From Scyliorhinus canicula (taxonomy: Eukaryota): DNA of 64,000 nucleotides. Every line of letters starts with the position of its first letter. Within the stretch, counting starts at the first letter, position 1. Under the pieces are notes generated by a model that was given only the letters and a program-made list of their open reading frames with translations, ran no database searches and was not told where the DNA came from. The stretch is from NCBI RefSeq assembly GCF_902713615.1, contig NC_052146.1, forward strand, positions 69,583,238 through 69,647,237, in the 5' to 3' direction. This document shows positions 35,801 through 47,220 of the stretch, one piece after another. The translations under genes were made by a program, and so were the position numbers.

Positions 35801-38505
35801 GGGGCGCTTTTTAGACCGGCTGAGATTTCCGAGGGTGGAGGAGGGATGGGTGGAGTGTCTGGGGGCGCCAATTGAGCTTGAGGAGCTGGTCAAAGGGATA
35901 GGGAACATGCAGTCGGGGAAGGCGCCGGGGCCGGATGGGTTCCCGATTGAATTTTACAAGACGTATGCAGACCTGGTGGGCCCCCTGTTGGTTAGGAACT
36001 TTAACGAGGCAAGGGAGGGGGGGGCTTTGCCCCCGACGATGTCTCGGGCACTGATCTCCTTGATTCTTAAGTGAGTCAAGGATCCCCTGCAGTGTGGGTC
36101 ATACAGGCCGATCTCACTCTTGAATGTGGACGTCAAGTTGTTGGCAAAGATCTTAGCCACGAGGATTGAGGACTGTGTGCCACAGGTTATTCACGAGGAT
36201 CAAACGGGGTTTGTGCAGGGGAGGCAGCTGAACACTAATATACGGAGACTCTTGAATGTTATAATGATGCCAGGGGTGGAAGGGGAGGCGGAGATAGTGG
36301 TGGCGCTAGATGTGGAGAAGGCCTTTGACAGGGTCGAGTGGCGGTACTTGTGGGAGGTGCTGGAAAGGTTCGGGTTTGGGGAGGGGTTTGTCAGTTGGGT
36401 GAGGCTGTTGTATGGGGCCCCGATGGCGTGTGTAGCCACGAATAAGAGGAGGTCGGAGTATTTTCAATTGTATCGAGGGATGAGGCAGGGCTGTCCCCCC
36501 TACTTTTTGCGCTGGCAATTGAACCCCTGGCTATGGTGCTGAGGGAGTCGGGCGATTGGAGGGGGCTGGTCCAGGGTGAGGAGGAGCACCAAGTGTCGCT
36601 CTATGCAGATGACGTTTTGTTGTATGTGGCGGATCCCGGTGGAGGGAATGCCGGTGGTGATGGGGATTCTTCGGGAATTTGGGGATTTCTCAGGGTATAA
36701 GCTTAACTTTGGGAAAAGCGAGCTATTTGTGACCCACCTGGGGGACCAGGATGGGGGGATTGGGAGGCTCCCGCTGAAAAGGGCGGAGAGGAGCTTCAGG
36801 TACTTGGGGGTACAGGTGGCCAGGAGCTGGGAGGCCTTGCATAAGCTTAACCTCACAAGGCTGGTGGAGCAAATGGAGGAGGAGTTTAAGAGGTGGGACA
36901 TGTTGCCGCTGTCTCTGGCGGGTAGGGTGCAGTCAGTCAAGATGACGGTGCTCCCCAGGTTTCTGTTCCTGTTCCAGTGCCTCCCCATCCTTATCCAGAA
37001 GGCCTTTTTCAGGCGGGTTAACAGGAGCATTACGGGATTTGTGTGGGTGCACGGGACCCCGAGGGTGAGAAGGGTGTTTCCGGAGTGGGGCAGGGATGGG
37101 GGGGCTGGCACTGCCCAATCTCTGTGGGTATTATTGGGCTGCCATCACAGTGATGGTGCATAAGTGGGTAATGGATGGGGAGGGGGCAGCATGGAAAAGG
37201 ATGGAGATGGCATCCTGTGTGGGCATGAGCCTGCAAGCACTGGTAATGACGCCGCTGCCGCTCCCTCCAACGAGGTATACCACGAGCCCGGTGGTGGCAG
37301 CTACCCTCAAGATTTGGGGGCAATGGAGGCGGCACAGGGGGGAGGTGGGGGCCTCGATGGGGTCCCCGATATGGGGGAACCACCGGATTGTTCCGGGGAG
37401 AATTGATAGCGGGTTCCTGAGTTGGCACAGGGCAGGTGTCAGGAGGCTGGGGGACCTGTGCATAGATGGGAAGTTCGCCAGCCTGGGTGAGCTGGAAGGG
37501 AAGTTAGGGCTCCCCGCGGGGAACACCTTTAGGTACATGCAGGTAAGGGCGTTTGTCAGGCAGCAGGTGGCGGGGTTTCCTCTGCTGCCGCCGCATGGGG
37601 TTCATGACAGAGTGCTCTCGGGGGTGTGGGTTGGCGAGGGGAGGATCTCGGGAGCCTACCAGGTGATTCAGGAGGTAGACGAGGCCTCGGTGGAGGAACT
37701 GAAAGGTAAATGGGAGGAGGAGCTGGGTGAGGAGATTGAGGAGGGGACGTGGGCGGATGCCCTGGAAAGGGTGAACTCCTCCTCTTCTTGTGCGAGGCTT
37801 AGCCTCATACAGTTTAAGGTGCTGCATAGGGCTCATATGACCGGGACAAGGATGAGCCGGTTCTTTGGGAGTGGGGACAGGTGTATTAGGTGATCTGGGG
37901 GCCCAGCAAACCATGTCCTCATGTTCTGGGCATGCCCAGCGCTGGGGGAATTTTGGAAGGGTGTAGCAAGGATGATATCGAGGGTGGTAGGATCCAGGGT
38001 CAATCCAGGCTGCAGACACACAATATTTGGGGTTGCAGTGGAGCCGGGAGTGCAGGAGGCAAAAGAGGCCGGTGTTCTGGCCTTTGCATCCCTAGTAGCC
38101 CGGCGAATTATTCTTCTTCAGTGGTAGGATGCGGAACCCCCAAGCGTGGAGGCCTGGGTCAACAATATGGCGGGGTTTATTAAATTGGAGAAGGTGAAAT
38201 TTGCCCTCAGGGGGTCAGTGCAGGGGTTTTTCAGGAGATGGCAACCATTCCTAGATCTCCTGGCAGAATGGTAGAGTCAAAAGGTCAGCAGAAGCAGCAA
38301 CCGGGGAGGGGGGGTCTCTTTCTCTTTGTTTTTGTTTTGGGTTGAATCTTCGCTAACGATGGGTGTTTATTTACTGTTTCTCTTTTGTATATATGGGGAG
38401 GGGTTTGTTTATTTAGTTCTTTGAATTTCCTGTTACTGTTTTCTTTTTTTGTGAAAATGTGAAAATTTGAATTAAAATTATTTTTTTAAAACGAGAAGAA
38501 AAAAA
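32837..38505 (+). mobile_element. Near full-length L1-type LINE nested in the CR1 ORF2
   Basis: ORF2 34486-38274 has TWNVRALN, MLQETH, YRPISLLNVD, KAFDRVEW, RQGCP and LYADD with several stops and frameshifts. It ends in an A-rich tail. The host sequence rejoins across GGT (32834-36 / 38506-08). Confidence 0.93.
33061..33850 (+). CDS. L1-type ORF1 protein, open reading frame intact
   Basis: MAADGEP.. coiled coil, then KNLRIVGLPEG, AHR and RAVLVRFH motifs typical of L1 ORF1p; no internal stop. Confidence 0.8.
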
Positions 38506-41127
38506 GGTCCTTTAGAGGATGAGAAGGGAGTTTTAATAATGGGAGATGAGGAAATAGCTGAGGAACTGAACAGGTTTTTTGGGTCAGTCTTCACAGTGGA
38601 AGACACAAATGACATGCCAGTGACTGATAGAAATGAGGCTATGACAGGTGAGGACCTTGAGAGGATTGTTATCACTAAGGAGGTAGTGATGGGCAAGCTG
38701 ATGGGGCTAAAGGTAGACAAGTCTCCTGGCCCTGATGGAATGCATCCCAGAGTGCTGAAAGAGATGACTAGGGAAATTGCAAATGCACTAGTGATAATTT
38801 ACCAATATTCACTAGAGTCTGGGGTGGTCCCGGTGGATTGGAAATTAGCAAACGTGACACCACTGTTTAAAAAATGAGGTAGGCAGAGAGCGGGTAATTA
38901 TAGGCCAGTGAGCTTAACTTCGGTAGTAGGGAAGATGCTGGAATCTAACATCAAGGAAGAAATAGCGAGGCATCTGGATAGAAATTGCCCATTGGGCAGA
39001 CGCAGCATGGGTTCATAAAGGGCAGGTTGTGCCTAACTAATTTAGTGAATTTTTTTGAGGACATTACCAGTGCAGTAGATAACGGAGAGCCAATGGATGT
39101 GGTATATCTCGATTTCCAGAAAGCCTTTGACAAGGTGCCACACAAAATGTTGCTGCATAAGATAAAGATGCATGGCATTAAGGGTAAAGTAGTAGCATGG
39201 ATAGAGGATTGATTAATTAATAGAAAGCAAAGAATGGGGATCAATGGGTGTTGGCAAGCAATAGCTAGTGATGTCCCTCAAGCATCAGTGTTGGGCCGAC
39301 AATTGTTCAGAATTTACATAGATGATTTGGAATTGGGGACTACGGGCAATGTGTCCAAGTTTGCAGATGACACTCAGATGAGTGGTAAAGCGAAAAGTGC
39401 AGAGGATACTGGAAGTCTGCGGAGGGATTTGGATAGGTTAAGTGAATGGGCTAGGGTCTGGCAGATGGAATACAATGTTAACAAATGTGAGGTTATCCAT
39501 TTTGGTAGGAATAACAGCAAACGGGATTATTATTTAAATGATAAAATATTAAAGCATGATGCTGTGCAGAGAGACCTGGGTGTGCTAGTGCATGAGTACA
39601 GAAAGTTAGTTTACAGGTGCAACAGGTGATTGAGAAGGCAAATGGAATTTTGTCCTTCATTGCCAGAGGGATGGAGTTTAAGACAAGGGAGGTTATGCTG
39701 CAATTGTCTAAGGTGTTAGTGAGGCCACACCTGGAGTATTGTGTTCAGTTTTGGTCTCCTTACTTGAGAAAGGACGTACTGGCACTGGAAGGTGTGCAGA
39801 GGAGATTCACTAGGTTAATCCAAGAGCTGAAGGGGTTGGATTACGAGGAGTGGTTGAGTAGACCGGGACTGTACTCATTGGAATTTAGAAGGATGAGGGG
39901 GGATCTTATAGAAACATTAAAAATTATGAAGGGAATAGATAGGATAGATGCGGGCAGGTTGTTTCCACTGGCGGGTGAAAGCAGAACTAGGGGGCATAGC
40001 CTCAAAATAAGGGGAAGTAGATTTAGGACTGAGTTTAGGAGGAACTTCTTCACCCAAAGGGTTGTGAATCTATGGAATTCCCTGCCCAGTGAAGCAGTTA
40101 AGGCTCCTTCATTAAATGTTTTTAAGGTAAAGATAGATAGTTTCTTGAAGAATAAAGGGATTAAGGGTTATGGTGTTCGGGTCGGTGGAGCTGAATCCAC
40201 AAAAGATCAGCCATGATCTCATTGAATGGCAGAGCAGGCTCGAGGGGCCAGATGGCCTACTCCTGCTCCTAGTTCTTATGTTCTTATGTTCTTATCACAG
40301 GCATCCATCTTTTTAATATTTAAAAAGGACCAGGTTCCAGAACATTGTGGATCATACCGTCTGATATTGCTATTGAATGTGGATGCCGAGTTCTGGTGAA
40401 GGTGTTAGCTTGGCAAATTGAGGACTGCGTCATGGGGGCGATAAGCAAGGACCAAACGGGGTTTGTGAAAGGGAGACAGTTGTCAGCAAATGTGAGGAGG
40501 CTGCTTAATGTGATAATGATTGCTCCAGAGGGGCTGGAGATGAAGGTGGCAGTGTTGATGGGCGCAGTTGAGACTGGAGGGTGCCTCGCTGTGGGCATCG
40601 ATCTGTGATAATCATAGGTTTGCACTGGGGGGCCTGAATGCAATGTTTCAGGGATAGCGGCAGGCAGGGATTGAGTGATTTGGTGACCTGTTTGTAGGGG
40701 GCAGTTTCACGAAATTGAAAGACCTGGGGGAAGAATATGGGCTGCCCAGGGGAAAGACTTCAGGTATTTTGTGAAGAGAGAGTTACCGTGATTTCCTGGG
40801 TTCCAGCATTTGGGTTGCAAGACAAGGTGCTGTCAAAGGTGGAGATAATGGAGGGGAAGGTATCTGAGGTCTACAGGGAACTGATGGACTGGGAGGAACC
40901 CCCAGTGGAGGATATAAAGCGGAGGTGGGAGGAAGAGCTGGGTTTGGAAATGGAAGTTCGGATGTGGGATGAGGTCCTGCGGAGAGTGAATGCATTTCTC
41001 CTTGTGCAGGAGGCTGAGCCTTATCCGATTTAAAGTACTTCACAAGTCAAATATGGATGAGTAGGTTTTTTTGAGGGGTTTGCGAATAGTTGTGGGCAGT
41101 GCGTGGGGAGGCCCGCGAATCACATCC

Positions 41128-41463
41128 ACATAGAACAGTACAGCACAGAACAGGCCCTTCGGCCCTCAATGTTGTGCCGAGCAATGATCACCCTACTCAA
41201 ACCCACCCTATACCCGTAACCCAACAACCCCCCCCCCCCCTTAACCTTACTTTTTAGGACACTACAGGCAATTTAGCATGGCCAATCCACCTAACCCGCA
41301 CATCTTTGGACTGTGGGAGGAAACCGGAGCACCCGGAGGAAACCCACGCGCACACGGGGAGGACGTGCAGACTCTGCACAGACAGTGACCCAGCCGGGAA
41401 TCAAACCTGGGACCCTGGAGCTGTGAAGCATTTATGTTAACCACCATGCTACCGTGCTGCCCC
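41128..41463 (-). mobile_element. V-SINE inserted in the old L1
   Basis: Full reverse-complement copy including the TGTTCTATG tail. Confidence 0.9.
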
Positions 41464-42005
41464 TGTGCATGTCCAAAGCTAAAAGGGTTCTCATGGGGGT
41501 TTGCGGACGTTATGTTTGAAGTGTTGCAGGTAAAGGTGGCCCTGAGTCCAGAGGTAGAGATATTCTGGGTGTTGGAAGATCCGGGAGTCGAGGGCGAGAA
41601 GGGCCAACATTTTGACCCTTGCCTCACTGATAGCTTGGAGACAGATCTTACATCGACGGAGCCGCCGAAATTGAGTGACCTGGCAGAATTCCTGAGGCTG
41701 GAGAAGGTCAGGTCCGTCCTGAGTCTGTCGGTTGATGGGTTTGCTCGGAGGTGGAAGCTGTCCATTGAGTTATTTAAGGAGGATTGAGGTGGCTGTAAAA
41801 GGAGAGAGGCGGGAAGGTGGGGGTAAAGGGGTTAAAATGAGGAAGGCAGGACGGGAGATGTGGGAAAGAGTGGGGAACGGGGGGTGGGAGTGGTGGTGGT
41901 TATTTATAATGTATGATTTTGCTTCTGCTTTGGTTTGTTTTTTTAATGAAAAAAAAAAGAAAAAGAAGCTGAGGACTACCTTTGGCGAAAGGAGACATCT
42001 GACAT

Positions 42006-42616
42006 TGTAGAGCAAAACCAACAGTGACTGATCTTGAGACGAGAAAGTAACTCAAGGAAACACTTGTTACAACAAAGAGAACACCACGAGTGAGAAGTGG
42101 ATCCCTGCGATGGTATTGGCTCACGCTGGTACAATATCCTACATGGTGAAAGCAACATACAAGATCTTGTGAAGAGGTCATGTGGATCACTTATTGACAA
42201 CACGTGTTAGTGCGCCAGCGCTAGACTACCAACAAGTCTATTCCATCTGACTGCATCACTAACTTCTCACTTATTTACAGAAGATATGGCACCTGAAGAA
42301 ACTGTTACGACTAGCCCCGAAAGTATGCAGGCAACCAAACAGAAATAGATGCCCACCTGATCATCTATCTATTGACTGTGTTATTACATGTAATAATTTC
42401 ATGCCTGCACTTGCATATGCATCCAAATGACTATGTTAAAATATTAGTTGTGTTGGACCTTAGAGATAAAGGGGGAGGGATGTTATATATATATATATAT
42501 ATGTGGGTTAGTGCAGTTGTGTGCAATGTCTCTTTAAGAACCAAGTCACGCGACATATGTGACGTTTTCGATTATTTCGTAGCCTTCTGCCTTAGTCCAG
42601 TACCGATCCTACTACA
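42006..42616. mobile_element. Possible old solo LTR
   Basis: TGTAG...CTACA inverted termini around non-coding sequence; no clean target-site duplication seen. Confidence 0.35.
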
Positions 42617-42619
42617 ATG

Positions 42620-43790
42620 AAGACCTATTCAATAAACCACAATAATCATGGGTGACTTTAATCTACATATAGATTGAGCAAATCAAATTGACATAGGTAA
42701 CCATCAGGCCGAATTCATGGAATGTGTCAGTACAATTCCTTAGACCACGTATTGTGGAATGTACAAAGGCTGTTTTAGATCTGTTAGGATATAAAGAAAC
42801 CAGATTAATTAGTTCGTGATCATAGAATAAAGAACCCTGTTTGAAAGAGAAATCCTAACGTGGTGGAAATTCACATTTAGTATCAGATTAGAAACATGAC
42901 TGAAGCCGGTGCCTTGAATTTAAACGCAGGAGGCTACAATGCTATGAAGACAGAGTTAGTTAAGATGGAATGGCAAATTAGATTTAAATGGTAAAATAGC
43001 ACATAAGCAGTCAAAAGGAAACTTTTATAACTCTTAACGAAGATTTATTCCATCGTGGAGTCAGTGATTAACATATGTAAGGACGGTAAGGATTTATCAA
43101 ATTGACAGAAAAGATAGACAATGTAGCGAAGATTAGGAATTTTCTTTAGAAACCAAGATAACTAAAGTAAGTCATAGAATCCCTAAAATGCAGATGGAGG
43201 CTATTCGGCCCATCGAGTCTGCACCGGCCCTTGCTCCGCTAATCCACCCGACCTAAATCCAATCCCCACACTCCTATCCCATCCTAAACGTTTTGGCCAA
43301 TATTAGCATGTTCAATTCACCAAACTTGCACATCTTTGGACTGTGGGCGGAAACCAGAGCACCCGGAGGAAACCCACTGGGAGAAAATACAAACTCCACA
43401 CAGTCACCGACGTCAGAATCGAACCCGGGCCCCTGGCGCTGTGAGACAGCAGTGCTAACCACTGTGCCACCGTGCAGTCCTGTCAAAGTAGATCATGGGA
43501 CTAAACTGTCAAAATATATAAGAATAGACAGTAAGTGTTTCTGCAGTAATATAAAAAGGAAGTGAGTAGCTAAAGTAAACTTTGACTTTTGATAGGGTGA
43601 GAGGGGGAGTTAATGATGGCAAACTCAGAAAGGGCAGAGGCAATGAACAAATATTTCTCATCAGTCTTCGTGATAGAATGTGACTAAAGCATCCCGATAA
43701 AGAACATCAGGAGCAAAAGAAAGAGGGGATTTAAACAAGGTTGACAAGTCCCTGAGACCAGATAGTCTGCATCCAAAGATTTGAAAAGCA
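42620..43790 (+). mobile_element. Degenerate CR1 ORF2 fragments containing a minus-strand V-SINE (43173-43478)
   Basis: IMGDFNLHID remnant, similar to 32130-32800; the SINE core is clear. Confidence 0.65.
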
Positions 43791-44814
43791 GTGGCTGCAG
43801 AGCCACCTGTGGTTGTTATTTCCTCATGTCATTATTCATGGCGTTTACTCTATCAACGCCTTTTACATTTGGTGGAACAAACGCTACATGTAGAAATGCC
43901 TAAGTTGCTCTGGAAAAAAACGTTTAAAAATAGCACAAGACAAAGCATGTTGCAGGCCCTTAGGTTGCACTGGTCCTATCACCTTGATATACCGACCCCG
44001 AAGGGAAAGGAAGGGAGATTTCATCTCGGCACGGTGTACGTTACTACTCAAGAAGCACATAATATAAATGCAAAATCTGTAATGATATTCCTTGCAATAC
44101 TTTTCAAGCAATTTTCATGGAGGACGCTGAGATCCAATAAGCACCATGCAAGTTGCCTTAGCTTTAACTGAGTGGTGTTACCGAGGAAGAATCCTGATAT
44201 TTCTCTTGGCCGTGTTGATGTCCATGCCGCGGAGCCAATTTATTCATTAGATTTAGAATAAATCTTCTCTATGAAGCCTCAAAATGCACAACAATCTTGT
44301 TGGTATGTTGGTCAACATTCCACATTTTCTACAATCCCAGCGAAATGTTCTGCCATTTTCAGTATGAAGAAGCAATTCGGGTACCTAACTCTTACTCCGC
44401 CGCCGAATAGAACAAGAAATCTGCAGTCACTGCTTTCACTGAGACTCAATATCCACCTAACGACAGTGAATTGAGATACACAGATCAATTATGTTTCATT
44501 TTAATTGGGTAGTTGGTTGGAGGAGCGGAATGGCCTGTTCCTAACCTCTTCCTCTCGGTCCTTAGAGAAGAGTTTCGTATTAATAGGATAGGCCAAATGC
44601 TCCACACAATTGTCCTACTTTTTGCTCCTAAACCCTGAACACAACCCTTTCTTGCGACTAACAATTCCCATTTTGTAAAAAACAACAACTATTCGATAGC
44701 CCCCACTCCAGCTCATTTTTTGTATTGATCTTGGAAATTTAGAACTCATTCCTCATTCTTTTCTCTCCTTATAATCTTCAGGCTATTGGTGCATTTAATG
44801 AACGTCACCTAATA

Positions 44815-44945
44815 ATACAAAAACAAAATACTACGGGTGCTGGAAATCTGAAATGTACGCAGAAACTGCATTGCAGACCAGCAGGTCGGGCAACATATGT
44901 GGGGAGAGAAACAGAGTTAACATTTCAGGTTAATCAGCTTTCGCC
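44815..44945 (-). mobile_element. Penelope-like pLTR fragment
   Basis: AAAATACTACGGGTGCTGGAAATCTGAAAT..CAGCAGGTCGGGCAACAT matches the reverse complement of 21790-21880. Confidence 0.6.
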
Positions 44946-45145
44946 AGAATAGTATTTACTACATTTTCTGTTTCATTCTCCTAACAACTAATCGCTGATT
45001 TAGCTCAACGTTTATTTTGCTCCTATTGGGACGTCCAAATTCAGTCTTCGAATCTCTTGCCTTCCCAGATTGAAAACTTGGCTGGAATAGGCGTTGCTGA
45101 AATATCAGTCATCACAAGGCCAACTGGCGGGTGCCATGCGTTCCA

Positions 45146-45153
45146 ATTTGCAT
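45146..45153 (+). promoter_or_regulatory. Ig light-chain promoter octamer ATTTGCAT, gene 2
   Basis: Perfect octamer about 110 nt upstream of the leader ATG, followed by TATA-like TTAAAG at about 45184. Confidence 0.8.
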
Positions 45154-45263
45154 AAGTACTCATGATGCAATGCTCGACACTTCTTAAAGTGAGGTTTGCA
45201 AAGAACTGGAGCAGCTGGCAGCCAGAAACCATTGCATTTCTGATCTCCCGCAAGATTTCCACA

Positions 45264-45311
45264 ATGACTGCCTGTGTTGGAGTTCTCGCGGTGCTGGTGC
45301 TCTGCTCCGCA
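45264..45311 (+). pseudogene. IGLV: Leader exon of Ig light chain pseudogene 2
   Basis: MTACVGVLAVLVLCSA then GTAAGT. It is 48 nt (phase 0) versus 49 nt in gene 1, so splicing to the V exon gives GTA CCA ACG CAG ATA TCG TCC TGA. Confidence 0.85.
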
Positions 45312-45450
45312 GTAAGTCCAGAGCTAGTCACAGGCAGCTTCCAATTTTGCTTCGTCTTGTAGCTTACTTGGCTGGGGTGGTTCCGAGTTGCAATCAGTTG
45401 TCGCAGCTGTAACGAGTGTGCGTGAACAAAAAAATGTATTCATTTTCCAG

Positions 45451-45781
45451 GTACCAACGCAGATATCGTCCTGACCCAGCTAGGATCCATCTCAACCTCC
45501 CCCGGGGGAAAATGTCAAGATCACCTGTACCATGTCCGGAGGCAACATCAGTAGCTACTACGCGAGCTGGTACTGGCAGAAACCCGGCAGTGCCCCTGTG
45601 CTTGTTTGGAGTTAGTCCAGTGGTAAACCTTCCAATATCCCCGATCGATTCATGGGTTCTGTGGACTCATCGAGTAACCAGACGCGTTTAACCATCACTA
45701 AAGTACAAACTGGGGATACCGCTGATTATTTCTGTTATGCAGGTCGTACCTTTGGTAAAGGAACCAAACTGAATCTGGACA
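45451..45781 (+). pseudogene. IGLV: Germline-joined VJ exon, pseudogene 2
   Basis: Acceptor TTTTCCAG. It reads TNADIVLTQ.., has a +1 base in the C/G run near 45500, then [32 protein letters not shown](TAG 45613-15)..[25 protein letters not shown] donor at 45782. Confidence 0.93.
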
Positions 45782-47045
45782 GTAAGTAAATTATTTGCGA
45801 TGTACATCATGCGATGCTCAATTATCCGGTTACGTCTCTTATTTCAATATCAGTCGCAAAAGCTTTTTTGGTCCAAGTATGCCCATTTTGTTCTATTCCC
45901 AAATTTTCTCCGAATGATTTAGAGGAAACTGAACTTGAAAACTATACTGTTTGGAAGATTGACTAGGCTTTGGTAAGTTTAACTAAATGTGCTTACTTAA
46001 AATGCAGTAGCAAAGAGCGTCAGTCAGTATTTCAGAAGCAGCCAGGCACAAAGAGTAAGGTGCCAGACTGCTGGTTCGGATTGGCTAACTCCACTGTCTG
46101 TAGCCCCAATATCGTTGGAACATGTTGAAACTATAAAGTGCAAAACCCCCCAAAAGAATCAATGCGGCGTAAATCGGGCCGTTTCTGCAACTGGCGAGCA
46201 ATTTACTTCGACGAGTACCGTGTAGCCCTGGCAGTGCAAGATGCTGCAATTATGGCCAATTAGTCCCAAATGGGCGTCCAGTACAGTCCAAGATTCGCCG
46301 CCCTGTAATTCCCAGTAATCCACCGTTTTTGTTGCAACCATGCACTGCAGCATGATTAACCAGTAATTATAGTTGATATCGATGCGTTTCCTTCATTATC
46401 GAAAATCGTCGTTTCTTGTGTGCGCCAGTTGTGCGTTCCAAAAGTATCTGTGGAGCCCGACCGCATGTGTGCCTGGCTTTCCACACTGCGGGCAGGGCGA
46501 CTCTCATTTTGTTGGGACCATCCGTTCTTTCTAGTTCTCCTTTTCTCCTGAACCGCCTGTATCCTTTCCTTATGGAAGAAAGAAGGCCACTATTTGATGT
46601 CATTGCTCCTCTGGTAGCTCTTTCTGGAGCGTTTTTCGCACAATCTGTGGTGGACTTGCCACATTTCCTCAGGTTGGACTTGAAGGAGTCCTTGACCCTT
46701 AAGATCAGGTTATCTCACAGGCAGTGTCCAACATTGAGCTGTGAAGCCATGAGCACCTCAGGGATTTATTTCACCAATCATACGGCCTACTTGCCCAGTC
46801 CGTCTGAACTGAGGTCTTAAGGCGAATGCAGTAAATTCCAGACATTTCTGCGTTTTGAAGAACCTCAGCAACTTGTTCTCTGATTTGATGCCCGTGATGT
46901 TCCAAATACATCTCATGTGGAACCTGCGCAACTCTTTACATAGGAATTAGGAGCAGAAGGAGGCGATTCAGCCCTTCGAGCCTGCTCTTTAGTACATCAG
47001 GAATAACTAGTCAATGCCTCATGGACATATAGGAGGACAGGGCAG

Positions 47046-47220
47046 GGGCTGGTTTAGCTCACTGGGCTAAATCGCTGGCTTTTAAAGCAGGCCAGCAGCA
47101 CGGTTAGATTCCCGTACCAGCCTCCCCAGCCAGGCGCCGGAATGTGGCGACTAGGGGCTTTTCACAGCAACTTCATTGAAGCATACTCGTGACAATAAAG
47201 CGATTTTCATTTTCATTTTC
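47046..47220 (+). mobile_element. Second SINE family, tRNA-like head, (TTTTCA)n tail
   Basis: GGGGCTGGTTTAGCTCACTGGG head; matches the reverse complement of 10626-10770. Confidence 0.8.

Larger units (their letters stand above)
29758..40295 (+). mobile_element. Near full-length CR1 LINE (5' UTR, Zn-finger/esterase ORF1 ~30521-31473, APE-RT ORF2 ~31720-40215), disrupted and split by an L1
   Basis: ORF1 has CSSC..CKKC, VVHIGTNDIG and DGLHL (SGNH-like); its ATG position reads ATT. ORF2 has YLNARSI, AITETWL, YRPP, LDFQKAFD and KFADD. The tail is (GTTCTTAT)3. Confidence 0.92.
28300..41790 (+). mobile_element. Old L1-type LINE split by the CR1 insertion (pieces 28300-29757, 40296-41090, 41480-41790)
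   Basis: Endonuclease start RLVTWNMRGLN at 28310. ORF2 breaks at GAACTCCCCCATAC (29757) and resumes at CACAGGCATCCATC (40296), as judged from the copy at 26425-26470. Confidence 0.8.

Noticed and set aside
18501-45781. Recombination signal sequences or unjoined V/J segments
   Set aside because: No heptamer-spacer-nonamer was seen next to either V or J. The CACAGTG/CACTGTG hits I noticed lie in SINE or LINE sequence without a nonamer.
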